Notes: generated from the sequence alone by a model not told the origin. Positions 21,157-31,095 are shown, counted from the stretch's first letter. The stretch is 64,000 nucleotides of DNA from Gammaproteobacteria bacterium SG8_30 (GCA_001303245.1 LJNS01000001.1:40822-104821); one strand, 5' to 3'. A program made the numbers and translations.

Positions 21157-22083
21157 TCAGGCCGGTCGGGCGCGCACGACCAGCAGGTCGCTCGGGATGC
21201 GATCCAGCAGGCGCTCGGCCGTGCTGCCGAGGACCGCCTCGTACAGCCTCGAGCGCGATATCGCGCCGACCACGAGCACGCTCGCGGCCTGCTGCTCGCA
21301 CCAGGCGGGCAGCACGTCGACTGCGCTGCCCTCGAGGAGCCGCGCGTCGCCGTAGGCGTCGGGGTGCGACGCCAGCAGCTGGTCCACCGCTGCGGTGGCG
21401 GCGGCGCGCATGGCTTCCGCGGCGGCCGCAGGCTCCACGGAAGCGGGCATGCCCCCGGCCACCGCGGCCTGCACGGCGGGGTCCACGGGGAGATAGGCGT
21501 GGACCACGCTGACGATCCCGCCGATCCGGGCGGCCAGCGCCGCCGCCTCGCGCAGGATCGTGCGATCGAGCACGCCGGCGGGATCGCCCGGGTGTCCCGG
21601 GTCCACCGCGGCCCCGATGCGCGGCGAGGCCGGCCAGGGATCGGACTTCACGAGCAGCAGCGGTACCGGACAGGTGTGCACCAGGTGCCAGTCGGCGCTC
21701 GTCAGCAATCCCCGGCGCAGCGGGGGATGCCAGGCCGTGTCCTTCACCACGAGGTCCGGCCGGCAGAGGCCGACCTCCGTCAGAATCCCCGCGTGCAGGG
21801 GAGAATCCCAGACGGCCTCGACATCGACGGCGAGGCCCCGCTGCCGCAGCGGCTCCGCACGGGTCTCGAGCCACTGTCGACGCCTGCGCAGGAAGTCAGC
21901 TCTCGCCGCCGAGAGCGAGTCGGGGCTCAGGAACAGCCGCGCCACCAGCCTCGCATCGTGGTCACAGCAGAAGAGACGGAGCCGGGCGCCCGCGCCCTCG
22001 GCGAGTCGCGCCGCCTTGTCGAGCGCCGGGTGCTGCTCGGCGCCCGGGTCCAGCACCACGAGAATTTCCTGGATCTCGGCCAT
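21157..22083 (-). CDS. tandem universal stress protein (UspE-like)
   Basis: Track ORF trimmed to MAEIQEILVVLDPG.. (GGAG RBS 6 nt upstream). Two USP domains (ILVVLD.., ..SVLVVGAISRS..L.GSTAERLL). Confidence 0.8.
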   Translation of the reverse strand: MAEIQEILVVLDPGAEQHPALDKAARLAEGAGARLRLFCCDHDARLVARLFLSPDSLSAARADFLRRRRQWLETRAEPLRQRGLAVDVEAVWDSPLHAGILTEVGLCRPDLVVKDTAWHPPLRRGLLTSADWHLVHTCPVPLLLVKSDPWPASPRIGAAVDPGHPGDPAGVLDRTILREAAALAARIGGIVSVVHAYLPVDPAVQAAVAGGMPASVEPAAAAEAMRAAATAAVDQLLASHPDAYGDARLLEGSAVDVLPAWCEQQAASVLVVGAISRSRLYEAVLGSTAERLLDRIPSDLLVVRARPA

Positions 22084-22107
22084 GGGCAGCTCCGGTCGGA
22101 CGTGTCT

Positions 22108-22121
22108 GTGACCTGGGTCAC
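22108..22121. promoter_or_regulatory. perfect palindrome GTGACC-TG-GGTCAC (TGTGA-N6-TCACC, CRP/FNR-family-like site) between usp and ccoN
   Basis: Read directly from the sequence. It matches 9 of 10 positions of the TGTGA-N6-TCACA consensus. It lies in the 186-bp divergent region upstream of ccoNOQP. Confidence 0.35.
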
Positions 22122-22269
22122 CCAGCATTGGGCCAAAACCGCGCGGCGCACCCGTGGAATCCCACTATGTCTCGGGTCGCAGACACGAAAGTAGCATGGC
22201 CAAGCCAGCGGGCACGACGCCCGCCGCTTGGCCATGCGCCGAACTATCCAGACCACGGGGAAACACGAA

Positions 22270-23694
22270 ATGGAACGGACGGAGACCTACAACGACAAGG
22301 TGGTGCGCCAGTTCGCCATCATGACGGTCGTCTGGGGTGTCGTCGGGATGCTGGTGGGCGTGATCATCGCGGCACAGCTGCTGTGGCCGGCGCTCAACCT
22401 GGACATTCCCTGGCTGACCTACAGCCGGCTTCGCCCGCTGCACACCAACGCGGTGATCTTCGCATTCGGGGGCTCGGCGCTGTTCGCCGCCTCCTACTAC
22501 GTCGTCCAGCGCACCTGCCACACGCGCCTGTTCTCGGATGGTCTCGCCGCGTTCACGTTCTGGGGCTGGCAGCTCATCATCGTGCTGGCGGCGGTCACCC
22601 TGCCGCTCGGAATCACGACCTCCAAGGAGTACGCCGAGCTCGAATGGCCGATCGACGTCCTGATCGCCGTGGTCTGGGTCGTGTACGCGGTGGTGTTCTT
22701 CGGCACCATCGCCAAGCGGCGCGTCAAGCACATCTACGTCGCCAACTGGTTCTTCGCTGCCTACATCATCACCATCGCCGTACTGCACATCGGCAACAGC
22801 GCGGCAGTTCCGGTGACGCTGACCAAGTCCTACTCCGCCTACGCCGGCACGGTCGATGCCATGGTGCAGTGGTGGTACGGCCACAACGCCGTGGGCTTCT
22901 TCCTGACAGCGGGCTTCCTCGGGATGATGTACTACTTCGTGCCCAAGCAGGCGGGGCGCCCCGTCTATTCCTACCGGCTGTCGGTGGTGCACTTCTGGGC
23001 ACTGGTCGCCATCTACATGTGGGCTGGGCCGCACCACCTGCACTACACCACCCTGCCCGACTGGGCGCAGACCCTGGGGATGGTGTTCTCGGTGATGCTG
23101 ATCGCACCTTCCTGGGGCGGCATGATCAACGGCATCATGACCCTGTCCGGGGCATGGCACAAACTGCGCACCGATCCGATCCTGAAGTTCATGATCGTGT
23201 CGCTGTCCTTCTACGGCATGTCGACCTTCGAGGGACCGATGATGTCGATCAAGACGGTCAATGCCCTCTCGCACTACACCGACTGGACGATCGGCCACGT
23301 CCACTCCGGCGCGCTCGGCTGGGTGGCCATGATCTCGGTGGGCTGCATGTATGCCTTGATCCCGCGGCTCTACGGCCGCACCGAGATGTACTCGAGCAAG
23401 CTGATCGACGTGCACTTCTGGACGACGACCATCGGCATCGTACTGTACGTGGCCTCGATGTGGATCGCGGGCGTCATGCAGGGCCTGATGTGGCGCGCCA
23501 CGAATGCCGACGGCACCCTGACCTACACCTTCATCGAGTCGATCGCCGCGACCTATCCCTACTACGCGGTGCGCCTGCTCGGCGGCGTGCTGGTGCTCAG
23601 CGGCATGTTCGTCATGGTCTACAACGTCTGGAAGACGGTAGCGGCCGGTTCGTCGGACAGGGACGTCCCGGTGATGGCGCCGGCGGCGGCCTGA
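22270..23694 (+). CDS. ccoN: cbb3-type cytochrome c oxidase subunit I CcoN
   Basis: Track ORF trimmed to [23 protein letters not shown].. by similarity to known CcoN N-termini. [16 protein letters not shown] and [17 protein letters not shown] motifs present. Confidence 0.93.
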   Translation: MERTETYNDKVVRQFAIMTVVWGVVGMLVGVIIAAQLLWPALNLDIPWLTYSRLRPLHTNAVIFAFGGSALFAASYYVVQRTCHTRLFSDGLAAFTFWGWQLIIVLAAVTLPLGITTSKEYAELEWPIDVLIAVVWVVYAVVFFGTIAKRRVKHIYVANWFFAAYIITIAVLHIGNSAAVPVTLTKSYSAYAGTVDAMVQWWYGHNAVGFFLTAGFLGMMYYFVPKQAGRPVYSYRLSVVHFWALVAIYMWAGPHHLHYTTLPDWAQTLGMVFSVMLIAPSWGGMINGIMTLSGAWHKLRTDPILKFMIVSLSFYGMSTFEGPMMSIKTVNALSHYTDWTIGHVHSGALGWVAMISVGCMYALIPRLYGRTEMYSSKLIDVHFWTTTIGIVLYVASMWIAGVMQGLMWRATNADGTLTYTFIESIAATYPYYAVRLLGGVLVLSGMFVMVYNVWKTVAAGSSDRDVPVMAPAAA

Positions 23695-23704
23695 GGGTGT
23701 CAGC

Positions 23705-24313
23705 ATGAAACACGACAAGATCGAAAAGAACGTCGGGCTTCTCGGGGTGCTGACGGCGGTCGCAATCAGCTTCGGCGGCCTGGCCGAGATCGTGCCGCTG
23801 TACTTCTCCGGTCAGGTCACGGAGCCTGCGCCCGGCGTCGAGCCCTACGGGGCGCTCGCGCTCGAGGGCCGCGACATCTACATCCGCGAGGGCTGCTACG
23901 TCTGCCACTCGCAGATGATCCGGCCGTTCCGGTCGGAGACGGAGCGCTACGGCCACTACTCGCTCGCGGGCGAGTCGGTGTACGACCACCCGTTCCAGTT
24001 CGGCTCCAAGCGCACGGGCCCGGATCTCGCCCGGGTCGGTGGACGCTACTCGGACGAGTGGCACCGGATCCATCTCATCAACCCGCGGGACCTCGTTCCG
24101 GAATCGAACATGCCCGGCTTCCCGTGGCTGGACGAGCGCGTGCTCGACGGCGAGGACACGGCGGCCAAGATGCGTGCGCTGCGGGCCGTGGGCGTGCCCT
24201 ACACGGACGAGCAGATCGCGGCGGCCGGGGGCGAGGTTGCGGGCAAGACCGAGATGCAGGCCCTGATCGCCTACCTGCAGGGGCTGGGTCTCGCCTCGAA
24301 GGCCTGGAACTGA
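23705..24313 (+). CDS. ccoO: cbb3-type cytochrome c oxidase subunit II CcoO (monoheme)
   Basis: [13 protein letters not shown].., heme site [27 protein letters not shown]. Confidence 0.93.
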   Translation: MKHDKIEKNVGLLGVLTAVAISFGGLAEIVPLYFSGQVTEPAPGVEPYGALALEGRDIYIREGCYVCHSQMIRPFRSETERYGHYSLAGESVYDHPFQFGSKRTGPDLARVGGRYSDEWHRIHLINPRDLVPESNMPGFPWLDERVLDGEDTAAKMRALRAVGVPYTDEQIAAAGGEVAGKTEMQALIAYLQGLGLASKAWN

Positions 24314-24314
24314 G

Positions 24315-24473
24315 ATGGATGAGGGCACGCTGCGCGGACTCGCGACCCTGGCGGCATTCGTCGCCTTCGTGGGCGTGATCTGGTGGGCGTGGAGCGGAAG
24401 GCAGAGGCGGAAGTTCGAGCAAGCCGCCCGCATGCCGCTCGAAGAGGACCACGACAAGAACGAGGACAAGTGA
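24315..24473 (+). CDS. ccoQ: cbb3 oxidase small subunit CcoQ (52 aa; below the ORF-track cutoff)
   Basis: My own translation gives MDEGTLRGLATLAAFVAFVGVIWWAWSGRQRRKFEQAARMPLEEDHDKNEDK. One TM helix followed by a charged tail. It fits exactly between the ccoO stop (24313) and the ccoP start (24475). Confidence 0.7.
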   Translation: MDEGTLRGLATLAAFVAFVGVIWWAWSGRQRRKFEQAARMPLEEDHDKNEDK

Positions 24474-24474
24474 G

Positions 24475-25458
24475 ATGACTACAGGCTGGACCCTGTTCAT
24501 CGCGATCCTGACGGCGGTCAACGTCGTGGGCGCAATCTGGCTCCTGTGGGTGACGTCGAAGCGCTCGCCTGGCGAGATGCAGCCCGGCGCCGAGACGACC
24601 GGGCACACCTGGGACGGCGACCTAAAGGAATACAACAATCCGCTGCCCCGCTGGTGGCTGTGGCTGTTCTACGGCACGGTCGTCTTCTCGCTGGCGTACC
24701 TGGTGCTCTACCCGGGCCTCGGCAGCTGGCAGGGCACGCTCGGCTGGTCGCAGGAAAGCCAGTGGCAGCAGCAGGTCGAAGCGGCTGAAAAGGCCGCCGC
24801 ACCGGTCTACGCCCGCTTCGAGCAGATGAGCCTCGAGGAACTCAGCCAGGACCCGGACGCGATGCGCGTCGCGCGCAACCTCTACGCCAACAACTGTGCC
24901 GCCTGCCACGGCTCGGATGCACGCGGCGCCGTGGGCTTCCCCAACCTGACCGACGGCGACTGGCTGTACGGTGGCCAGCCCGACACGATCCTGACGACCA
25001 TCGGCTACGGCCGTAACGGCGTCATGCCGCCCTGGGGCGACGCGCTCGGCGAGCAAGGTGTCGAGGAGGTCGTCGCCTACGTGCTGACGCTCTCAGGCCA
25101 GTCCGCGCCATCGGAACTCGCTGCGGCCGGGCAGGCGAAGTTCCAGATGTTCTGCTCGTCCTGCCACGGTCTCGACGGCAAGGGCATGCAGGCCGTGGGC
25201 GCGCCGAACCTGACCGACGGCAGTTGGCTGTACGAGAACACCGCGGAATCCATCCGGTACACGGTCGTCAACGGGCGCAACAACATGATGCCCGCCCAAC
25301 TCGAGCTGCTCGGCGAGCAGAAGGTCCGGGTGCTGGCCGCCTATGTCATGAGCATCTCCCCGCGGCCACCGGCGCCGGAGGCGGCGGCGGAGCCCGTCGA
25401 GGCGGACGTCACGGCGGGCGAGGCCGGCGCTCGGGACGGCACGGATGCGGACAGCTGA
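24475..25458 (+). CDS. ccoP: cbb3-type cytochrome c oxidase subunit III CcoP (diheme)
   Basis: N-terminal TM segment. Two heme c motifs, CAACHG and CSSCHG. NPLPRWWLWLFY motif. Confidence 0.92.
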   Translation: MTTGWTLFIAILTAVNVVGAIWLLWVTSKRSPGEMQPGAETTGHTWDGDLKEYNNPLPRWWLWLFYGTVVFSLAYLVLYPGLGSWQGTLGWSQESQWQQQVEAAEKAAAPVYARFEQMSLEELSQDPDAMRVARNLYANNCAACHGSDARGAVGFPNLTDGDWLYGGQPDTILTTIGYGRNGVMPPWGDALGEQGVEEVVAYVLTLSGQSAPSELAAAGQAKFQMFCSSCHGLDGKGMQAVGAPNLTDGSWLYENTAESIRYTVVNGRNNMMPAQLELLGEQKVRVLAAYVMSISPRPPAPEAAAEPVEADVTAGEAGARDGTDADS

Positions 25459-25762
25459 CGAAAGCCCGGAGTCCGGGGAGGAGGAAGCGGCCCCCATCGT
25501 CTGGAGCCAGCTCGCGCAGGATATGGCCGTCACGCTCTGGCCGTCCTTCCTGGCGGCCTCGGTCGCGACGATGTTCTTCTTCGCCTTCTTCGACCCGACG
25601 GTCTTCGGCGAGGGCGCGGTGCCGCCGCGCTGGCTCACCAACCGCATGGCAGGCTACGCCATCGGATTCTTCTTTTTCTGGGCCATCTGCACGCTCTCCA
25701 GCGCGCTGACCCTGTACCTGGTGCGGACGGCCCGCGATGCCCGGCCACGGCCGGGGAGATGA
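25445..25762 (+). CDS. small two-TM membrane protein of unknown function, inserted between ccoP and ccoG
   Basis: 105-aa ORF overlapping the ccoP stop by 14 nt. Almost all third codon positions are G/C, which fits the coding bias. Two hydrophobic helices (WPSFLAASVATMFFFAFF, GYAIGFFFFWAICTLSSALTLYLV). Confidence 0.55.
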   Translation: MRTADESPESGEEEAAPIVWSQLAQDMAVTLWPSFLAASVATMFFFAFFDPTVFGEGAVPPRWLTNRMAGYAIGFFFFWAICTLSSALTLYLVRTARDARPRPGR

Positions 25763-27224
25763 CGAGGACATCGAACGAAGGGGGGTCCAGCCGAGAGCTC
25801 GCCAGGGGCCGGATGGGCCCACAGCATCGAGAGGGACCGTGAACTCACCTGCCCCCGGGGACGCCACCGCAGGCGGCTCTTTTTACCAGGCCCACAAGAA
25901 AGTCTACCCGCGCGAGATCGGCGGCCGTTTCCAGCGGCTGCGGACGCTCGCCGCCTGGGTTCTGCTCGGCCTCTACTACGTGCTTCCCTGGGTTCCCTGG
26001 GACGACCGGCAGGCCGTGCTCTTCGACCTGCCGGCACGCAAGTTCTACGTCTTCGGCCTGGTGTTCTGGCCTCAGGACTTCTTCTACCTGACCTGGCTGC
26101 TCATCATCCTCGGGCTGTCCCTGTTCTTCTTCACGGCCCTCGCCGGCAGGCTCTGGTGCGGCTACGCCTGCCCGCAGACCGTCTGGACCGAAGTGTTCCT
26201 GTGGATCGAGCGCAAGTTCGAGGGCGACCGCAACCGCCGGATGAAGCTCGATCGGGGTCCGTGGAACGGCGAGAAGATCCTGCGCAAGTGCGGCAAGCAC
26301 CTTGCCTGGATCGTGCTCGCGCTGTGGACCGGCTTCACCTTCGTCGCCTTCTTCACGCCCGTCCAGGAACTGGCGGGGAAGATCGTCTCGCTGTCGACCG
26401 GCCCGTGGGAGACGTTCTGGGTCCTGTTCTACGCCTTCGCCACCTGGGGCAACGCGGGCTTCATGCGCGAGCAGGTCTGCACGTACATGTGCCCCTACGC
26501 GCGCTTCCAGAGCGCCATGTTCGACCGGGACACGCTGATCATCGCCTACGACGGGAGCCGCGGCGAGCCGCGCGGCGCGCGTGCGCGGAGCGCAGACTAC
26601 AGGTCGAAGGGGCTCGGTGACTGCATCGACTGCAAGGCGTGCGTGCACGTCTGCCCCACCGGGATCGACATTCGCGAGGGCCTGCAGTACGAGTGCATCG
26701 CCTGCGCAGCCTGCATCGACGCCTGCGACGGCATCATGGACAAGATGGATTATCCCCGCGGCCTGGTCCGGTATTCTTCGCAGAAGGTGATGGAAGGCAC
26801 CGAGGCACGCGTGCTCCGACCGCGCATGTTCGTATACGGTGCGTTGCTGGGAGCGCTGATCGTGGCCTTCGGCGTGTCTCTGTCGCTGCGCACGCCGGTA
26901 GGGCTCGACGTGATGCGCGACCGCAATGCCCTGTACCGCGCGCTGCCGGACGGCAGCGTCGAGAACGTCTACATGCTGCGAATCCTCAACAAGGACACCG
27001 CTGCGCACCGCTACGTCCTGTCGGCCAGCGGCCTGCCCGGCATCGAGATCGAGAGCGATGCGCAGGAGCACGAGGTCGGGCCCGGGGAGGTGTACTCGCT
27101 GGCTGCGCGGGTCCGGGCTCCTGCCGATGTCGCCCGGGGTAGCCACGAGATCCGGATCGACGTCCGGGCCGTCGATGCCGCGGAGTTGACGGTGGGGCGC
27201 GAGGCGCGCTTCCTGGGGCCGTGA
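25737..27224 (+). CDS. ccoG: cytochrome c oxidase accessory protein CcoG/FixG (polyferredoxin)
   Basis: The conserved part starts near FYQAHKKVYPREIGGRFQRLR. Ferredoxin cluster motifs CIDCKACVHVCP and CIACAACIDAC. Start uncertain: an in-frame GTG at 25839 preceded by GAGAGGGA would remove the overlap with the upstream ORF. Confidence 0.88.
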   Translation: MPGHGRGDDEDIERRGVQPRARQGPDGPTASRGTVNSPAPGDATAGGSFYQAHKKVYPREIGGRFQRLRTLAAWVLLGLYYVLPWVPWDDRQAVLFDLPARKFYVFGLVFWPQDFFYLTWLLIILGLSLFFFTALAGRLWCGYACPQTVWTEVFLWIERKFEGDRNRRMKLDRGPWNGEKILRKCGKHLAWIVLALWTGFTFVAFFTPVQELAGKIVSLSTGPWETFWVLFYAFATWGNAGFMREQVCTYMCPYARFQSAMFDRDTLIIAYDGSRGEPRGARARSADYRSKGLGDCIDCKACVHVCPTGIDIREGLQYECIACAACIDACDGIMDKMDYPRGLVRYSSQKVMEGTEARVLRPRMFVYGALLGALIVAFGVSLSLRTPVGLDVMRDRNALYRALPDGSVENVYMLRILNKDTAAHRYVLSASGLPGIEIESDAQEHEVGPGEVYSLAARVRAPADVARGSHEIRIDVRAVDAAELTVGREARFLGP

Positions 27225-27739
27225 TGCAGGCGGAGGCGGGACGCGGCGCGGCCCCCTGGTACCGGGAGCCCTGGGTCTGGCTCGTCATCGCCGTGCCGGC
27301 GGCGGCGGTTGCCGGCGGCATCGTCACGCTGGTGCTGGCGACGAGCGGCAGCGACGAGCTGGTCCGCGACGACTTCCGCAAGGAAGGACTCGCCATCTAC
27401 CTCGACCCCGAAAGGGACGAGGCTGCACGGCGCGTGGGCGCCCGAGCCCGGCTCGACCTCGACGCCACCGCGGGATCGCTGCGGGCATCGATCACGCTCG
27501 AGACATCCGCCCTGCCGCGCGAGATGATCGTCCTGCTCTCACACGCGACGCGGGCCGAGTATGATCGCCTCCTGACCCTGCGCCGCGTCGCTCCGGGCGA
27601 ATACGCGGCCTCGCTCGAGGCGCTGCCGCACGGTCACTGGTACGTCGAGCTGACGCCCGCAGACCGGAGCTGGCGCCTGAGGGGCGACTTCCGCGACGGC
27701 GAGTCGACTCTCGAGCTCGCCCCGCCCCCGGCCGGCTGA
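27221..27739 (+). CDS. ccoH: FixH/CcoH family assembly protein
   Basis: PWYREPWVWLVIAVPAAAVAGGIVTLVLA is an N-terminal TM segment typical of FixH. Sits between ccoG and ccoI. ATGA overlap with ccoG. Confidence 0.8.
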   Translation: MMQAEAGRGAAPWYREPWVWLVIAVPAAAVAGGIVTLVLATSGSDELVRDDFRKEGLAIYLDPERDEAARRVGARARLDLDATAGSLRASITLETSALPREMIVLLSHATRAEYDRLLTLRRVAPGEYAASLEALPHGHWYVELTPADRSWRLRGDFRDGESTLELAPPPAG

Positions 27740-27743
27740 CCCG

Positions 27744-30176
27744 ATGAACGCGGCATCGCAGTGCTTCCACTGCGGCGAGCCCGTCCCCGCAGGCGTCGAG
27801 CTCGCCGTGCTGCTCGGCGGCGAGCCCCGGCCGATGTGCTGCGCCGGGTGCAAGGCCGCCGCGGAGTTCATCCGGGACGCGGGACTGGGCGACTACTACC
27901 GTTTCCGCGAGGCCCCCGCACCACGTCCCGAGGAGTTCCCCGACGACGCCTGGGTCACCTATGACCGCCCCGAGGTGCAGGAACGCCTGGTCGTGAGCCA
28001 AGGCGACCAGTCGAGCGTCAACCTGCTGCTCGAGGGCGTGCGCTGCTCGGCGTGCAGCTGGCTGATCGAGCGCCGGCTCGAGCGCGAGCCCGGCGTCGCG
28101 AACGTGGCCGTGAACCCGGCCACCGGGCGGGCGCAGCTGGAGTGGCGCACGCAGGCAGCCCGGCTCTCGGTGCTCCTGAGGACGGTCCACGCCCTCGGCT
28201 ACCGGCCGCACGTGCTGGGTCTCGCCGACACGCTGGAGGTTTCGCTGCGCGAGCGCCGCCAGGCCCTGAAGCGCCTGGCCGTCGCGGGACTCGGGATGAT
28301 GCAGGTGATGATGTTCGCCGTCGCCCTGTATGCCGGCGCCTTCGAAGGCATGGACCCGGTGCTGCGCCAGTACCTGCGCCTCGTGAGCATGATCGTCGCG
28401 ACGCCGGTGCTGCTCTACGCGGGAAGGCCGTTCCTCCAGGGCGCGTGGCGCAACCTGCGCGCCCGCCACCTCGGCATGGACGTGCCCGTCGCCGTGGCAC
28501 TCCTCCTGGCCTACGGGGCGAGTACGTGGAACACCTTTGCAGGCAGCGGCGAGGTGTACTTCGACTCGGTGACCATGTTCGTCTTCCTGCTGCTGCTCGG
28601 TCGCTTCGCGGAGATGTCGGCGCGACACCAGGCGGGCAGCACGAGCGACGCGCTGCTGCGCATGCAGCCCGTCAGCGCCTCCCGGGTCGTCGCGGGCGGC
28701 ACCGAGCGGGTGCCCGTCGCGGAGCTCCGCGCGGGCGACACCGTCGTCGTGCCCGCCGGCGAGAGCTTTCCCGTCGACGGGGTTCTGACCGAGGGCGAGA
28801 CGACGGCGGACGAGTCGCTGCTGACGGGCGAGTCGGCCCCTGTGCCCAAGCGGCGCGGCGACGCGGTGATCGGCGGCTCGACCAATACGGGCCGGCCCGT
28901 GCGGACCTGGGTCACGGCCGTCGGGCACGACACGGTGCTGGCCTCGATCGTGCGGCTGCTCGAGCGCGCGCAGACCGAGCGGCCGGCTATCGCGCGGCTC
29001 GCGGATCGCTGGGCTTCCCGCTTCGTCGGTGGCGTGCTGCTCGCGGCGATCGCGGTCGCCGGTGCCTGGGTACTGGTCGACCCGTCCCGGGCCTTCGAGG
29101 CGACGCTGGCCGTCCTCGTTGTCACCTGCCCCTGCGCGCTGTCGCTGGCCACGCCTGCGGCCATCACCGCATCGACCGCCGCACTGGCGCGCGGCGGCCT
29201 GCTCGTGACCCGCGCCGACGCGCTCGAGTCGCTCGCACGTGCCACGCGGGTCATCGTCGACAAGACGGGAACGCTCACGCTCGGTCACCCGGTCGTCGTC
29301 TCCTGTGCGCCGCTCGGATCCCTCGGCCGCGAGGAGTGCATCAAGGCCGCCGCCGCGCTCGAGCAGTCCTCGTCCCACCCGCTGGCGATGGCCTTCCGCA
29401 GCGTGGCCGGCCCCCTGCCCGAGGCCACGGGGGTCTCGCTTCATCCCGGCGCCGGTCTCGAAGGTGTGCTCGACGGCCGGTCCATCCGTTTCGGCAGCCA
29501 CGAGTTCGCCGCGGCGATCGCCCCGCCGCGCGAACTGCCAGACTCGGGCATCTACCTCGCGCGCGAGGGCGAGTGGCTGGCGCGCATCGAGGTCCGCGAC
29601 CCCCTGCGCGCAGGCGTCGCCGAGGTGGTGCGCAGCCTGGAGGCACTGGGACTGCGCGTGGAAGTCGCCAGCGGCGACGAGCCCGGCTCCGTGGCGGCCG
29701 TCGCTGCCGCCGCGGGCATCGTCGAGCATCGCGCGCGGCTCAAGCCCGAGGACAAGCTCGCCCGGGTGCGCGAGCTCGAGCGCCGGGGCGAGTCTGTCCT
29801 CATGGTCGGCGACGGCGTCAACGACGCTCCCGTGCTCGCCGCGGCCCAGGTCTCGATCGCGATGGGCGCCGGGGCCTCGCTCGCCCAGACGAGCGCCGAT
29901 GCCGTGCTCATGGTCCAGGACTTGCGCGTGGTCCCCGCCGCGATCGCCCTCGCCCGCCGCACGCTTGCGATCATGCGCCAGAACCTGGGCTGGGCGGTAG
30001 CCTACAACTTCACGGCACTGCCGCTCGCGGCCCTGGGACTGATCCCGCCCTGGGCCGCGGCGATCGGCATGTCGGCGAGCTCGCTGCTGGTGGTATTCAA
30101 CGCCATGCGCCTGCGCGGCGGCGAGACGGCGAGACCGAGCACGACACCCGGATCGGCGGCCGTGGCGACCGCATGA
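27744..30176 (+). CDS. ccoI: copper-translocating P1B-type ATPase CcoI/FixI
   Basis: N-terminal CFHCGE, membrane CPC (VVTCPCAL), DKTGTLT phosphorylation site, GDGVNDAP hinge. Confidence 0.9.
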   Translation: MNAASQCFHCGEPVPAGVELAVLLGGEPRPMCCAGCKAAAEFIRDAGLGDYYRFREAPAPRPEEFPDDAWVTYDRPEVQERLVVSQGDQSSVNLLLEGVRCSACSWLIERRLEREPGVANVAVNPATGRAQLEWRTQAARLSVLLRTVHALGYRPHVLGLADTLEVSLRERRQALKRLAVAGLGMMQVMMFAVALYAGAFEGMDPVLRQYLRLVSMIVATPVLLYAGRPFLQGAWRNLRARHLGMDVPVAVALLLAYGASTWNTFAGSGEVYFDSVTMFVFLLLLGRFAEMSARHQAGSTSDALLRMQPVSASRVVAGGTERVPVAELRAGDTVVVPAGESFPVDGVLTEGETTADESLLTGESAPVPKRRGDAVIGGSTNTGRPVRTWVTAVGHDTVLASIVRLLERAQTERPAIARLADRWASRFVGGVLLAAIAVAGAWVLVDPSRAFEATLAVLVVTCPCALSLATPAAITASTAALARGGLLVTRADALESLARATRVIVDKTGTLTLGHPVVVSCAPLGSLGREECIKAAAALEQSSSHPLAMAFRSVAGPLPEATGVSLHPGAGLEGVLDGRSIRFGSHEFAAAIAPPRELPDSGIYLAREGEWLARIEVRDPLRAGVAEVVRSLEALGLRVEVASGDEPGSVAAVAAAAGIVEHRARLKPEDKLARVRELERRGESVLMVGDGVNDAPVLAAAQVSIAMGAGASLAQTSADAVLMVQDLRVVPAAIALARRTLAIMRQNLGWAVAYNFTALPLAALGLIPPWAAAIGMSASSLLVVFNAMRLRGGETARPSTTPGSAAVATA

Positions 30177-30367
30177 GCATTCTCTACGTCCTCATCCCGC
30201 TCGGACTGGTGCTGGTCGCCATCGGCGCCTGGGCGTTCTTCTGGGCCGTCGGCAACGGCCAGTTCGACGACCTCGAGTCGCCGGGCTGGTCGGTGCTGAT
30301 CGACGACGATAAGGAGCGCGAGGGGCCGGAAGCCGGCCGGAAGCCGGGAGCGGAGCCGCGCGAGTGA
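30173..30367 (+). CDS. ccoS: cbb3 oxidase maturation protein CcoS/FixS
   Basis: 64 aa, read from the tail of track frame 28052..30367: MSILYVLIPLGLVLVAIGAWAFFWAVGNGQFDDLE.. ATGA overlap with the ccoI stop. Confidence 0.8.
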   Translation: MSILYVLIPLGLVLVAIGAWAFFWAVGNGQFDDLESPGWSVLIDDDKEREGPEAGRKPGAEPRE

Positions 30368-31077
30368 TCCCCGAAGGTGGCTGGCCGATGCTCGCCGCAG
30401 CGGCGACGCTGGGATTCGCCGGCAGTGCGCACTGCATCGGCATGTGCGGCGGCATCGCGGCGGCCGGAGGAACAGGTCGCGGCGCGCTCCAGGGCATCCT
30501 GTTCAATCTCGGCAGGCTGGCCGGCTACGTGATCCTGGGGGCCGGTGTGGGCGCACTGGTCGGCGCTGCGCTCGGCGGACTGCCCGTCCGACCGTTTGCG
30601 ATCGGCCTGAGGCTGCTCGCCGCGTTGCTGATGCTGGTCCTCGGCCTTGCGCTGCTCACAGGACGGGACCTGCTCGCGCTCGAGCGTCTGGGCGCCGCCG
30701 TCTGGCAGCACCTGCGGCCTCTGGCCGGTCGCAGCCTGGCGCTCCCGGCAGGAATCCGCCTGGCAGTGCTTGGCATCCTGTGGGGGTTCCTGCCCTGCGG
30801 CCTCGTGTACTCGGCGCTCTCGCTCGCCGCCGCGTCGGGCTCCGCGGTCTCGGGCAGCCTGGCGATGCTGGCCTTCGGGATCGGCACGCTGCCGGCCATG
30901 CTGGCGGTGAGCCTCGCGGGCGGCGCCATCACGCGCCGCTTCGCGGGCCTGCGCACGCGGCGCCTGGCGGGCGTCCTGATGATCGGCTTCGCCGTCTGGA
31001 CGGCGCTCGGTTTCCTGGCGCCTCATCCTCCGGGGCACGGCGCAGCCGCGCCCGCCCCCGAGCATCTGGAGCATTGA
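30364..31077 (+). CDS. TauE/SafE- or DsbD_2-like membrane protein (HCxGMCGG motif)
   Basis: Multi-TM protein with GSAHCIGMCGGIAA near the N-terminus. GTGA overlap with ccoS. The same position downstream of ccoS is common in ccoGHIS clusters. The start could instead be ATG 30388. Confidence 0.7.
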   Translation: MIPEGGWPMLAAAATLGFAGSAHCIGMCGGIAAAGGTGRGALQGILFNLGRLAGYVILGAGVGALVGAALGGLPVRPFAIGLRLLAALLMLVLGLALLTGRDLLALERLGAAVWQHLRPLAGRSLALPAGIRLAVLGILWGFLPCGLVYSALSLAAASGSAVSGSLAMLAFGIGTLPAMLAVSLAGGAITRRFAGLRTRRLAGVLMIGFAVWTALGFLAPHPPGHGAAAPAPEHLEH

Positions 31078-31095
31078 AGGGAACCGTCGGTTCCT

